A stretch of 63,280 nt of DNA, filler included, from Nemertoderma westbladi (GCA_032718475.1; 3 parts of 3 records of this genome joined end to end with filler, not necessarily neighbours in it); one strand, 5' to 3'. Positions 35,850 through 48,400 are shown, counted from the first letter of the whole stretch. Made by a program: numbers and translations. The notes: generated by a model from the letters alone, not told the origin.

Positions 35850-38418
35850 AATTGATGGAAAGGAGCAGGAAGGCCGAGTTTTCTAACCAAAACAATAAAC
35901 AGTTGCTTTACCAAATCAGGGAAAGGAGCAGGTTACAGAGACGGGATTTTCTAACCAAAACAATAAACGATCACTTAACTAATTGAGGGAAAGGAGCAGG
36001 TTACAGAGGCGGGATTTTCTAACCAAAACAATAACCCAGTAAAAAATCCCCATGCGTAACGCATTCGTACCACATGCAGCATTCGTAAAAGGTGCGTGCA
36101 ATGTTATTTAAGATTCGTGAAGCCTTCGTCAATGGTTCGTCAGTCCGAATAATTTAACGAATGCGTATAGTATTCGTATCGCATGTGAGATTTCACTTGT
36201 AAATATATTCGTGGCTCATCATTCGTGGCACATGCGATACGAATGCTTCCACTCCACATATAAAATAATTCGTGGTTCATTCGTTCGTACCACATGCGAT
36301 ACGAATGCTTAGCCACGCCACGCTTAAAATTATTCGTGGTCCATTCGTGACGCATGCGATACGCATGCAAAGCACTCTCAATTAGAGTACCGTACAGACT
36401 GTAATACTGACCAATCACCATTCGGCAAATAATCGAACATAGTGTTATTAGTTTTAGTAGCTCTCCCCCTTTGTTACCAGTCAGCCAGTCCCATGTACTT
36501 TTACTATATATTTATTTAATGGGTTGCCCAGTAATTCTCAACTCCCATTTATTATTTTGGTTCCCCATTATTTTGGTATGTAAACCTGTTTCCTTTACCA
36601 ACATGCTTGATATACTGTAATAATGTAAAGGTTATGTACTGTAGGGTAGGTGAGATAAATAATGACAACATAAAACTACTGTATTAACTTAACGAACTAC
36701 AGTATGTAGGCATACTTATAGTATGTAGGCACTAGGCACCCCCCCCCCCCCACCCGTAGTTTTAGCCCCTGTACAGTAGTACTCATTTCCCAAAGTTATT
36801 ACAGTAGTTTTATGTTGTCATTATTTATCTCACCTGGCCTACAGTACAGTACCAATACATATTATAAAGCATGTGGCATTTTTATTAAATTGTACGTGTG
36901 TATGGTGATATTCTCACACAGTTTCTTAGGCCTCCAGGTCGAATTTGTTTAATTCGCTATAAAAAGCCATTAAAAAGTCTACTGATATACTGTAGCAGTT
37001 AATTACCGGTTACTGCTACAGTAGGCCCTACACTTATTAATGGTAAAAAAATCTTACAGACAAAATACATCAAAGGCATACATTTTATGAGATGCATCAA
37101 CATAATTTCAATGTATTTTTTACTATATTCTAGAATATTAATTCGCTTTTTTTCGATAATAAGTAATAAAATATATATATTATAATAATAAAAATATATA
37201 TAATAATAAAATAATATAATATAATAATAAAATAATATAATAATAAAATAATATAATATAATAATAAAATAATATAATAATAAAATATCATAAAAAATAA
37301 TAAACCATCAATAATAATAAAATAAGTATAATAATAACTATAACGATTTACGTCTGAAATTGCGTGCTCTTGAATTATATCTGAACATTTTTTTGGGGAA
37401 ATTGAAAATGGCTTTCATATTCGATTCGGAATATCAAGTATATTCAAAAAATAAAATAAAATGGACACGTTTTAACAGTTGTAAACTGTTAAAACTATGT
37501 AAACTGTAGCGAAATAATAAAAAAATAAAAATCCTGCGGTAAACATTCGTATAACACTCGTAAAACATTCGTAACGCATTCGTATAGCATGGGAAACATT
37601 CGTATATAACATGCGGGACGCATTCGTATCGTGTGCGGGAAACATTCGTATAAGATTAGGGACGCATTCGTAGAATGTGCGGGATTCGGATAAGGTTCGT
37701 ATTACATTCGATATGCGAATAAAGGATGCGTATTTGGTTCGGTTTTCGCATTCGTATCGCATGGTTCATCTATGTAACATTTCAGAATGCGTTACGAATG
37801 CGTGAAATATGCGCCATCCCATGCGTTACGAATGCGGATTTTTTACTGGGAAACGATCACTTAACTTATTGAGGGAAAGGAGCAGGTTACAGAGGCGGGA
37901 TTTTCTAACCAAAACAATAAGCGATCATTTAACTAATTGAGGGAAAGGGACAGGTTACAGAGGCGGAATTTTCTAACCAAAACAACAAACGATCACTTAA
38001 CTAATTGAGGGAAAGGAGCAGGTTACAGAGGCGGGATTTTCTAACCAAAACAATAAACGATCATTTAACTAATTGAGGGAAAGGGGTAGGTTACAGAGGC
38101 GGGCCTTTCTAACCAAAACAATAAACGGTCACTTTACCAATTCAGGGAAAGGAGCAGGTTACAGAGGCGGGATTTTCTAACCAAAACAATAAACGATCAT
38201 TTAACTAATTGAGGGAAAGGGGCATAGGTTACAGAGGCGGGATTTTCTAACCAAAACAATAAACGATCATTTAACTAATTGAGGGAAAGGAGCAGGTTAC
38301 AGAGACGGGATTTTCTAACCAAAACAATAAACGATAACATTACCAATTGAGAGAAAGGAGCAGGTTACAGAGGCGGGATTTTCTAACCAAAACAATAAAC
38401 GATAACATTACCAATTGA
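35850..38418. repeat. About 68-bp satellite (GAGGGAAAGGAGCAGGTTACAGAGGCGGGATTTTCTAACCAAAACAATAAACGATCACTTAACTAATT)n, interrupted by 36035-37850
   Basis: Units at 35850-36034 and 37851-38418; also at about 33408-33490 and 52720-52893. Confidence 0.92.
36035..37850. mobile_element. CACTA/EnSpm(CMC)-like non-autonomous element
   Basis: TIR CCCAGTAAAAAATCC / GGATTTTTTACTGGG; 2-bp AA duplication relative to the satellite consensus; many CATTCGTA/TACGAATG subterminal repeats at both ends. Confidence 0.8.
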
Positions 38419-38419
38419 T

Positions 38420-39423
38420 AATGCGTTTGACGTGTTGTGTTCTGGTTTCGGCCTATGGTAATCGGTTCTTGGTCCCTTTCCCAGGCTGTCCTCACTATAG
38501 ATTGGGTCGGTTATTAGTTCAGCTTCGTAGTTTAAGAAGCACGACATTTCTTCTAAACCCAGTTCCGCACCCTTCCTATCTCGAGTGGAGAAAGCGATTT
38601 TCCTCCACTTGTTGCGCAGCCACATCGGTAGTGCCTGCGCTATCGTGGTGATGTTGTTGGGCGCGTTGAGTTCGTATGGCGCGTCTAGCGTCTTTAACAC
38701 GACTAGCGCCTTCTCGACCTTGTTCGCGAATGTCTTGATGCTAACGGGACTATCCTGTAGGCCACCCGATGTTATGCCTCTCAGGGTTTGCCGGATGATC
38801 TTGGCCGGGTGCCCGTATTCCCTGTCCAATGCCCGCCATGCCGTCGTGAAGCCGCCCTCTATACCCTGGTATTGCCTCACGATGTCGTATGCTGGGCCTC
38901 CTGTGTATACTTGGAGATATTTTAGGCACTCCGCCTGCGTCAAGTTCTTTGTTAGTATTTCGTTACTATACATGCGCCGAAACTGTAGATATTCTTCTGG
39001 CCCACTCCCATCGAATTTAAATGGTTCCACGGGTGGTAGCTCGATCCTAGTTTTTAGCGCATCGATCAACGTGGCCATTCCCATCGCCTGCGCTTCCAAT
39101 GGGTTCGATGGATGTTGCATAGTTTCTCCTGTTGGGTGCGGTCCGTCCGTCTTATTTCCTGCCTTCCTTTGGCTAGGGTATATCATTGGGGGTAGCGGCC
39201 CCCTCCATATTTCTGTGTCGCATGATCTGTTTCCATCCAAAGGTCTCGTTGTTCTTACTCCTATCGGGGTATATTGTTGATATTGTGATGGGGGAATGTC
39301 ACCCTGTCCCCCCCCCCCCCCCACCGGTATGCTTGGTACTGGGGTTGATGTTAATATATTGGGGCCCATGCACCTATCCGCAATAATTCCCCCCTCCCCT
39401 GGGTATATGTTATGTCCCTGCAT
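38420..39423 (-). CDS. BEL/Pao gag N-terminal/capsid region (DUF1759-like), truncated, opposite in orientation to the adjacent pol
   Basis: LPPVEPFKFDG..EEYLQF, LKYLQVYTGGPAYDIV, AWRALDREYGHP, LPMWLRNKW, ITDPIYS; the ORF ends in satellite sequence. Confidence 0.85.
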
Positions 39424-39809
39424 GCTGTAGTCATACTGCTGTGCTGGTACCGGTATAGGCCTATCATCTTCTGGCCTACCTGCCGGTATGTACTCCGCGA
39501 CTTCCGGGTTTAATTCCGTCGTCCGCGCTATCCTATCGCCTACATTATTCCTGTCAGCATGGCCTATGGTATGTGCAGTAAGGCAGTAAGGCCTACAGTA
39601 TGTCCTACAGTCTGTATGTGTCGCTCGGGATAGAAGTTTATTCTTCTCGAATAATCCTCCCCGTGGCTACCGTATTCTCGATTGGTAGGTATATCCCGTC
39701 GGAAAGTTTCTCTTCGACCCCCTCTACTGCTCGTACGTACTCAGACCGCATTACCAAAGCTCAGGCAATCATTGCCATGCGCAGCGACGCAGGGGACTGC
39801 AAGTCCACA

Positions 39810-42800
39810 GGTAGCCGAAGGTAAGACCACACCATGGAACGGACAGGGGAACAATAACAACACAAATAAATATAACCCTAGTACGCCCAGTAGGCCGAAC
39901 CCAAACAACAAGAATAGTAGGGACTTTGGTGCAAATGCAACTGCGATACGCAATGCACTGCATAAGGAGGGCTACAACCCAAAGAGCAAATGCCAGCTAC
40001 ATACAAATGCGCTTCATCAAACCATGAACTGCAGGTACTGGCAAGCGCTACCCAGGGAAGATCAGGTAGAATATGCGGCGAGAAATGAGATCTGCTCGCG
40101 ATGTGTGATGAGTGGACATAGAGCTAGGCAATGCAAGGAGACGCCGGTCAAGTTCGGTCAAAGGAAAGGCCAAACGATGGCAACGAGCACGGTAGGGGCG
40201 AAGAAGAGAGGAACGGTGCTACTTGGGGTAGTACCAGTGCGAGTGATTGGAGAAGGCAATCGATCAGTAACCACACTGATGCTGGTTGTTAGTGGAGCTG
40301 CCTTCACATTAATCGAGGATTGGGTGGCCAAAGAGATAAGATTGAGAACGAGGCCGAGTAGAATGGTGGTAACAACCATCTCCAGCAAAGATGAGGTCCT
40401 GGAGATGAGAACCGGATGGTGCGCCATTGCAGCAATAGCACCAGGATGCGACTATGGGGCGAGCATCGACCCCATCCAAGGATAGAGTCAATAAACATCA
40501 ATGCCAGACGGCCAACCAACATCGAGGTTGAACAATATAAATTTCTGGATGATATCGACTTCTCAATCCCAGAGGTGGACATTAGGAAGGTATCCATCAT
40601 AGTAGGAATGGACTGCCCGACGGCCCACGAAAGAATGCAAACGGTCTTCGGCGAAGACAAGCAGTGTGACCCGGTGGCGATACTGACACCATTCGGGTGG
40701 ACGCTGAGTGGCCCAATCAAGAGCAAGATACCATTTAGGATGTCGGAGACATCAGGATGCATGTTCGCGGGAACTATGCAGGAAATGGGTGATGAGAGAG
40801 CAGAGGAGCAGCTTAAGAGACTGCTCAGACAGGATTTTGAAGGATTAAAGGAGACCGGGGTCGGGACCTCGGTGGAAGACAAACAGGCTCAACAAAGCGT
40901 AGAGGAGTCTATGAAATGCGACGAGGGGCGGTATACCATAGGAATGGTATGGAAGCTACCAAAGCTACCATTGCCCGATAATAAAGGGATAGTGCTCACG
41001 AGGCTTCGTAAGTTGAAGCAGACACTAAAACGGAGCCCCGAGAAGAATGAGTACATCCACAGAACAAGTACGTCGAGAAAGGATGGGCCGTGGAGTTACC
41101 GGTCAACGAACCAAACACGGATAGGACGTATTACCTACCACTCCACGTGGCTTTAGATCCGAAGAAAGGTAAACTGCGGATGGTAGTTGACGCATCAGCA
41201 AAGACCAACGGGAAATGCTTAAACGACTATCTACTAGAAGGTCCGAACATATACAACTCAGGGATAGAGGTCCTACTTAGATTTAGAAATGGGAAACACG
41301 CCTTCATGTGTGACATAGAAGGCATGTTCAACCAAGTCCGTGTGACGGAAGAGGATAGCGACAGTCAACGCTTCTTGTGGTACAACGGCGACGAAGAACC
41401 GTCGACCATACCGATGTACAAGATGGTAGTACAGAACATGGGAGCCAAGTCGTCTTCATTTACGACGACTATGGCAGTAAGAGATACAGTGAAAGGGAAG
41501 GAGGATAGATACAGCACTAGGGCCGTCGATATGATTCGACGCGGCTTCTACGTAGACGACGGAATGGAGTCTGGAAATACGGTTAAGGAGATACTGGACA
41601 CAGGGCGCGAGGTTCGCGACATCCTAAAAGGATCCGGCTTTAACCTGACCAAATTCCAATCCAGTTCGGAGGAATTTATCAAGGCGATAGAGGACAAGAG
41701 ACCAGAATCGACCATGGATAATCCCACAACAGCCAAAGGGCAGGACATGGTGAACAAGAGGACAGAGTCTCAACAGAAGGCACTGGGAATCGTGTGGAAC
41801 AGAGAGACAGATGAACTGAAGTACCAGCTGAGCCAGGAGGGCGCAGACATCCACACAAAGAGAGGCTATGTGTCATACATAGCAAGAATATACGATCCCC
41901 TAGGTCTAGCATCCCCACTATTAGTCACGGGGAAACAGATACTCAAGAGAGTATACAAACTGAAGGATGAGTGGGACGTAGAGGTACCAGAAAAGATCAA
42001 GAAACAGTGGTGTAAGTGGACAGAAGGTTTGGAGAAGATGGGAACATACAGCATGCCGCGAGTGTATTTCCCGGATGGGAACATGATGAATCTGGACTTA
42101 CACATGTTCTCCGATGCGTCGTTGGAGGCATACGGAGCGGCACTCTATTTAGTACAACGAGAGGGGGCTCACAAGCCCAGACTGGCCTTTAGCAAAGCGA
42201 AGTCAACACCGCCAGATTCAGCATCAGTTCCCAAACTAGAATTGACAGCTGCGAGACTAGGAGTTAGGGCCACAGCCTACCTAGTGGATACTATTCCCAA
42301 CATAGTGGAGACACACTACTGGACAGATTCCATGGTAGTGCTTGGTTGGCTACATAACGAAAGGACGAGATACCCTATATTCGTCACGAATAGGGTGGAC
42401 GAAATAAGGGCGACCACAGAGTTGGAAAGGTGGCACTACTGCCCAACGGACGAGAACCCAGCGGACTTGTTATCGAGGGGCTTGGAACGCCACACTTTCT
42501 TAAAAAAGGAGGTATTGTGGCAACACGGGCCACAGTTTCTGAGTGACAAGGAGGCCTGGCCGCAGATGAGAAAGGTGGACCCGGGCTCAGGAGAGGCAGT
42601 ATCAGAGGGAGAAGAAGGAGATTCAGAGGGAGAAGAGATATACTCCCAGATGGTGAGGGAGATAAGGGACGTGCAACCTAAACCAGAAGAACTGTGCGAT
42701 AACCCGACGGATAAACTCCTCAGCTACAGCTCTAGTTGGTATAAGACCAAGAAATTAGTGGCGTACTGGAGAGCCTTCGGGAATTTCCTCGCGGGAGTTG

Positions 42801-43545
42801 GCAAAGGCAAGAAGATCAGGACAACCATAGATCTGGAAGGAGCGGCCAAAGCAGTCATCCGCTATGAACAACGGAAGAACTACGGCAACGAGGTGGAACG
42901 CGTCGGCAAGCAACAGCATCTTCGACGGGACAGCGAGTTAATCACGCTGTCACCACAACTTAATGATGACGGGATTCTAGTAATGAACTCTAGGGTGGGC
43001 TACAACAACAGCATCGTTGTACCACCGAAGCCCATCATCATCCCCACAGGATCGCCAATAGTCCACCAGATTATCTGGGACTCCCACAAATCGATATTGC
43101 ACGGGGGCACCAACCGAACCCTTACGGAGATACGGAGGACCTTTTGGGTCAAGCAGTTGAGAAAGAAGGTAAAAGCGGTAGTGGGGCAGTGCCAGACCTG
43201 CCGACGAGCGAAGAAGGAGCGAGCCATACAGGAGATGGCACCACTGCCGGCGAGTAGGGTAAGACAACACGACCCGCCATTTACGCATTGCGGTGTGGAC
43301 ATGTTCGGGCCGATAAAGATCAAAGTGATGCGGCACACAGAGAAACGCTATGGTATTATCTTCGTATGTAACAACACACGGGCGGTAGGGATAGAACTCG
43401 CCCAAGATGCAACCGCATCAGCATTCATTAATGCATTAGAAAGGTTCAGAGACCGCAAAGGTGGGACGATCGCAGTAATGTACTCCGACAGCGGAACCAA
43501 CTTTGTGGGAGCAGAGAACGAGATGGCAGAGGCCTTGGACATTCT
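39810..43545 (+). pseudogene. BEL gag-C/protease/RT/RNase H/partial integrase, with frameshifts near 40460 and 41060
   Basis: CQLH..HQTMNC, CSRCVMSGHRARQC; LMLVVSG (degenerate DSG); TPFGWTLSGP; YLPLH, LRMVVDAS, DIEGMFNQV, FYVDDG; FSDASLEAYG, PKLELTAA, WTDS, NPADLLSRG; H..HGG..CQTC, GVDMFGP, YSDSGTNFVG; third catalytic E region absent. Confidence 0.92.
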
Positions 43546-43574
43546 TGGTAAGGCATTCTTGGCCTTGGTAAGGC

Positions 43575-46175
43575 ACCACCTTATAGGTGAGCGATCGGGA
43601 GAGTTCGAAATGGCGGGGAAACTGATCAGGAAGAGAAAGGCGGAGTCAGGAGGAAAGGAGATACTGGTGGATTTCACCAAGAGGCATCCGGAAGAGAGGA
43701 CGAGGGGATACTACGACTGGTTAGGAAAGGGTCACGCAGCCCGAGCGCTACAGGACCACTTCAGGGAGATGCATGAACAGCGGCTGGTCGGGACCTACGG
43801 GACGCCGTCGCTGGACAACGCGATCTTCGAGCATTTCCACTACGTGGTGAAAGGAGACAAGGCGAAGTTCGGGATTCCGAAGTATGCGAGAGAGTCACCG
43901 AGGAAAGATTGGAAGAGGTTCATAGAGTCCGTCAACAGGGGAGGATACATGATCCTAGACGACGAAGGGACCGTGGAAGACGAGGAGGGTTCAAGGAGAG
44001 GATCGGCAGGATCGGCCAGGACCATACTCCTACATTTGGCCGCGCCAAATGGGGACATTTTCCTATTTGACCTGGGAACGTATGGGAAGAAGGATGGGCC
44101 GAAGTTGGACCGGCTGCCGAGGGCGGTGCAGGTCCTAGTGAGGGAGAAGTCGACGACGAAAGTGGGATCGGCAATTCGCGAGGACGCGGAGAGAATCATC
44201 GGTCTGGACGCCAACAACCTCCTGGATATGCAGAAGGTCTTCATGGCTATGACAGCACCAGACGGGTTGGGACTAGTCGGGAACACAGGCCAATGCGGAG
44301 CGGTGGCAATGGGCCCAGCTATTGGGGCTCGTATGCCACAAACCGATGGACTGGGGGAAGTTCAGGGAGGAATACGGAGCAGAACTAGCGAACTCGCTAA
44401 AGTGGGGAGCGAGGCCGGGAAAGCAAGAGGTGTATCAATTCCGAAGAGGAGCGATAAAGGTATATCAGAAGCGATATATCCTGCAGGAGGATTGGATAAT
44501 GATAAGTTTGCTTAACTTATTCATGACCGTGGTTATCGAGAGGGAACCAGCGGCATTTCTGTTATCGGGATCACCCCTAAGCTACAGAAGAGCCTTTAAG
44601 ACGGCTTTCGACGGTCTGGTAGACCACCCGGGGCTGAAGGGCGAGTCGGTGTACTACAACAGCCGACATCTGGTAGACGGGGAGATAGATACGCCGTATC
44701 AGAGATGGGAGGAGCTAGAGACGGATAGACAAGAGGCGAAGCGACTGGAAGAAGTCACTAGACGGGAAAGGATAGAAGCAGAGGAGAGGGAGGAGGAGGC
44801 CAGGACGCAGAGTTATGGCTTCGAGGAACAGGCGGGCTTAGATGAACTTCGTTGGGCTTCATCAGGGAGTTCGGGGGAGTCTCTAGGGCGAGAACTGGGA
44901 TGGACGGTGGGATCGCCGAAACAGTCGACGTCGGGGTTGCAAGTGATGCCCATACCAGCGGGCGCCGAAGGCGACCAACCGCTAAGGAAGTTAGGGGAGC
45001 TAGAGGGATGGAGAGCTACGGGCGAGAGCCAAGGCGGGAAGGGACATAGTGGATCCACCGGGATTCCGGGGTTGGAGCCACTGCCAGAGGAGGACGAAGA
45101 CGACGACGAGTTCGGAGAGATGCCGCCCATCGGGAGGATAGGCCACTCGGACACGGACTGGGTTGGTGGGAGGGTGGTGACGGCCAGTGGGGCGAGGGCC
45201 TTCTGGGATAAACCCGGCAAGCGGGCCTGGGTGCACGAGGAACCGCCGATGGATTTCGCGGGGAGCACTATCAGGTTGGGCGAGCAACCGGGGACGGCAC
45301 CACGGGTAGTATTCGGGGAGACGATGCCCGAGAGGGGCGAGGAGATCGACGTAGACAAGGACACTAACGTCCAGAAGTTCGCCTACCAGCGACTCCACAG
45401 ACCGCGGAGATCGCTTGGGACGAAAGACGACGTGGGGCGGGAGACATTGGTGCTCGGCTGTGACTACTGTGGGAGACAGACCCACCAGGAAAGGAGCTGT
45501 TTGTACCGATTCCAGAAAGGGACTAGTTGTCTCTACAGCCGCGAGTCGAGCCACAGGATGGGGGCGTGTCCACGGTTGCATAACCGATGTTCGAAGTGTA
45601 ACTTTCGGGGACACTACGGACGCCAGTGCGACTGGATGGACGATGAAGAGAAGTTCAAAATCTTCGAGGAGTGGGCCGACGTCGGGGCCATGACGCGGCA
45701 ACGCATGAAGGCCCAGGAGTTCAAGTGGGGTTTCTTCCTTATCAATCAGGAGGCTCACTTGGAAATCATAAAGCGGAGGTTACCGTTTACCTATCAAGAG
45801 GTAGCAACGGCGGCGTCGTATGCCGGGGTGATGAATACACAAAGGTATTTGGACAGGTGGACGCCACAGAACCGAGGGGAGTTTAGGGATTTCCTGGCGG
45901 AGCACGTGCCGCGGGCAATGAAGATGATCTTATGGGACGCCATCAGGGGGAGACAACAGGGCCACTCGGAGGGGCCACCCGCGAAGCGATATCGGGAGCT
46001 GATAACACCGGCACCCAAGGAGCCAACGACCGGGATCAGTAAGGAGGTGGCGGCGAAAGTCCGAAGACAGAAAGCTGATCCCAGAGGAGCGGTAGTGACC
46101 AGGAAACGACCCAGGGAGGAGGACGGCAAAGGGAAAGACTTGAGGTGGTTCCCAAAGTCAGGAGGGATAAACTGA
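43575..46175 (+). CDS. Extra ORF of the BEL element: DEDDy (WRN/EXD-like) 3'-5' exonuclease, acidic linker and three CCHC-type knuckles; frameshift near 44310
   Basis: YMILDDEG (ExoI), LLHLAAPNGDIFLFDL, LPRAVQVLVREKSTTKVGSAIREDAERI (ExoII), LLDMQ, AQLLGLVCHK, YQKRYILQED (ExoIII-like); CDYCGRQTHQERSC, CLYSRESSHRMGAC, CSKCNFRGHYGRQC. Confidence 0.72.
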
Positions 46176-47121
46176 GACTTCGATGTGGTACGCCTGGAAG
46201 GCGCCACGTGAGACGTGCGAACTATTAAGTACAAATTCAAGTAATCTAAATAATCAAATAAGTGCAATTTGTATGTACGTACGTAGCAATCAGTAATTTA
46301 CGAGAATATATACGTTCGAAGTAAGTACTATAGTCATTCAACCTTTCTCAATTAGCTACTGGGACTGGGGGGCCAACTGACTATGGTACTATGGACGAGA
46401 CACCAGACGATTTCACACTTCTTGAGTGCGACGGCACAGGAGGGGGGGTGAGACTCGTCAGAAGGGATGGGGTAGTCAAAGAGGGGTCGAGTAAAGGTGA
46501 TAGTGCGGAGTACGGAGAGAGTGCGGATGCAATTCAAGTGTGGGGGGGGGGAGGATAAGAGACTGAGTGAGGGACAGGGAAGTCCGAGAGTTAGAGCGAA
46601 AGAGAGGAGAAGTAGAGGAGAGTCAGGGTGAGAACAGAGTGGAGTTGAAGCGGCGAAGGTGTTGGGGAAACAAAAGTCGTGTGAGAGGAGCGCACGATCG
46701 GCCTGACATGGGACACCAGGCGAACCGGGTAGCATTATCATACCCATAGGGAGCGGCCTGGAAAGCCGGCTCCGAGAGAAAATAATACCACCCCACGCCC
46801 GATACTAGATCGGGATCCAGCGGAATTGTAGCGCACTTTAGGTGGATGCTATCTTCTCACCGGGAAGATAGCATGGGGGGGAGTGTTAGCATATTCAATT
46901 CCGCTAACACCCCACAAAGTAAGCCGTTAAGGAATATTGGGGGCCACGAGGTTGGGTAATCAACCACTCGTGCCACCCCCAACAAAGTGGGAAGGAGAAA
47001 CACACAATAGGGGTCAGGGGCCACACCCCTGACAGAGAGAGAACAGCAGGAGTGAAGGGAAACACTCCAAAGGGCGCCAACAGGGATATTAGCCAATGGG
47101 GGGCAGGCACCGGCTAGTGAC

Positions 47122-47450
47122 TGTAACAACGGCCAAACCGTGCAATATATATTATTAGGTATCAGCAATTCTTAGTTCAGTTATCTCATTTGTGTAAGTC
47201 GGTTACCAAGGTAGAGCGGAGACTTCTATTACCGTCCTCGCCTACCACCATTTACCTGTACATTACTGTATTACATCATTTGGGTTTCAACCATTTTATA
47301 CTATATCCACTTTATACTATCTATCGCATTATACATATCGGAGGATCAATAACATCAGAATTCCCAGACTCTTTTCACACACACACACGGCGGGGACGCG
47401 TAAATACAATAACCGCGGATAAACCGGGATCCTTCTTAGATCCCGTCACA
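47122..47450 (+). repeat. Candidate 3' LTR of the BEL element
   Basis: TGTAAC...GTCACA ends; G-rich tract (GGGGGGCAGG) shortly upstream; unrelated sequence begins at 47451; no second copy in the window to confirm. Confidence 0.55.
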
Positions 47451-48400
47451 CGTATGTAAATAATTTGGAATATTTAGATACAATAAATCTGGCTTTCCGG
47501 CTGGTGCTATAAGTCCACTCTTACGCAAGCGATGGCTGTTTCATTTTATTTTTATAGAATCCAGTGTCCGTTGAAGAAAATGTATATAAACATACAGTAG
47601 CGAACTACCTACCTTTATAGCGAAATACCAATCTTCCATTCCCAAGATTGGGAATTTGCTCCACCACGCTTCAATCCGCTGGTTCCGGGAACCTTTGCCG
47701 TATAGAAATACTGCACCATTTACTGAGTGGTTATCGGGATCTACTAACCTAAAATATCTCTGGAGTAATTCGACATTGACATTTTCATTACCGCGGTCAC
47801 ATCTAATGATATTGGGCACACCTCTGAGTTCTTTAACCATTTCGATGAAAAACAAGGCGACGATGAAGGGGTCATTGTTTGAACGGTGGCATTTTAGCCA
47901 CATCAATTTACGGCTGAAACCATCGATTCCTCTGTGAATCGCTAATCCATATGGTTTTAGTTTGTCCCATCCTTCTACTGTATATGTAAGAGAAAGTTCG
48001 GACCTTTAGATATATAAGTTCGCCGCACAATCTTACGCCCAAGTCGTCTTTGCACTGCACGTGGTTCTAAAATGTCTATTAAGCTCGCTTCTAGATGTTT
48101 ACTAACATAAATATTATAATCCACTAATAAAATTCGCTGCATCTGTCTGTACCCGAATCCACTTGCGAACCCACTTCTATTCTGCAATATCCGTAATAAT
48201 GTGGAAACCACTAACTCGAAATCCAAAGGGTTAAATCGTCTTATGAGTCCCAATCTATTTAAATCTGTTTTATAGATCTCGTTGATAGTGATAAGCCCAC
48301 ATTTGTGAGAATTCTCTGCATTTCTTTATGCTCAAATCCTTTCCAAAACATGTTTTTGATGGTTGGATGATAATTTACCAAAACACTGCCTGAATTCATG
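47451..48400 (-). mobile_element. IS3EU-like DDE/integrase-core transposase remnant
   Basis: FGYRQM, RRTYISKGPNFLLHI/GWDKLKPYGLAIHRGIDGFSRKLMWL, GVPNIIRCDRGNEN, GSRNQRIEAWW; frameshifted. Confidence 0.7.

Larger units (their letters stand above)
38420..47450 (+). mobile_element. Rearranged BEL/Pao LTR retrotransposon with an extra 3' ORF
   Basis: gag knuckles, PR, RT, RH, IN in BEL order; extra ORF; long 3' UTR; candidate 3' LTR; no 5' LTR seen. Confidence 0.88.

Noticed and set aside
37170-37345. (AAT)-rich tract
   Set aside because: Ordinary low-complexity microsatellite
44322-46175. env gene of the BEL element
   Set aside because: No signal peptide, fusion-protein Cys pattern or C-terminal TM helix is evident; it has CCHC knuckles and an exonuclease-like end instead
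44813-46747. Antisense ORFs across the BEL 3' region
   Set aside because: Expected shadows of GC- and purine-rich sense sequence; low-complexity Ser/Pro/Leu content and no motifs
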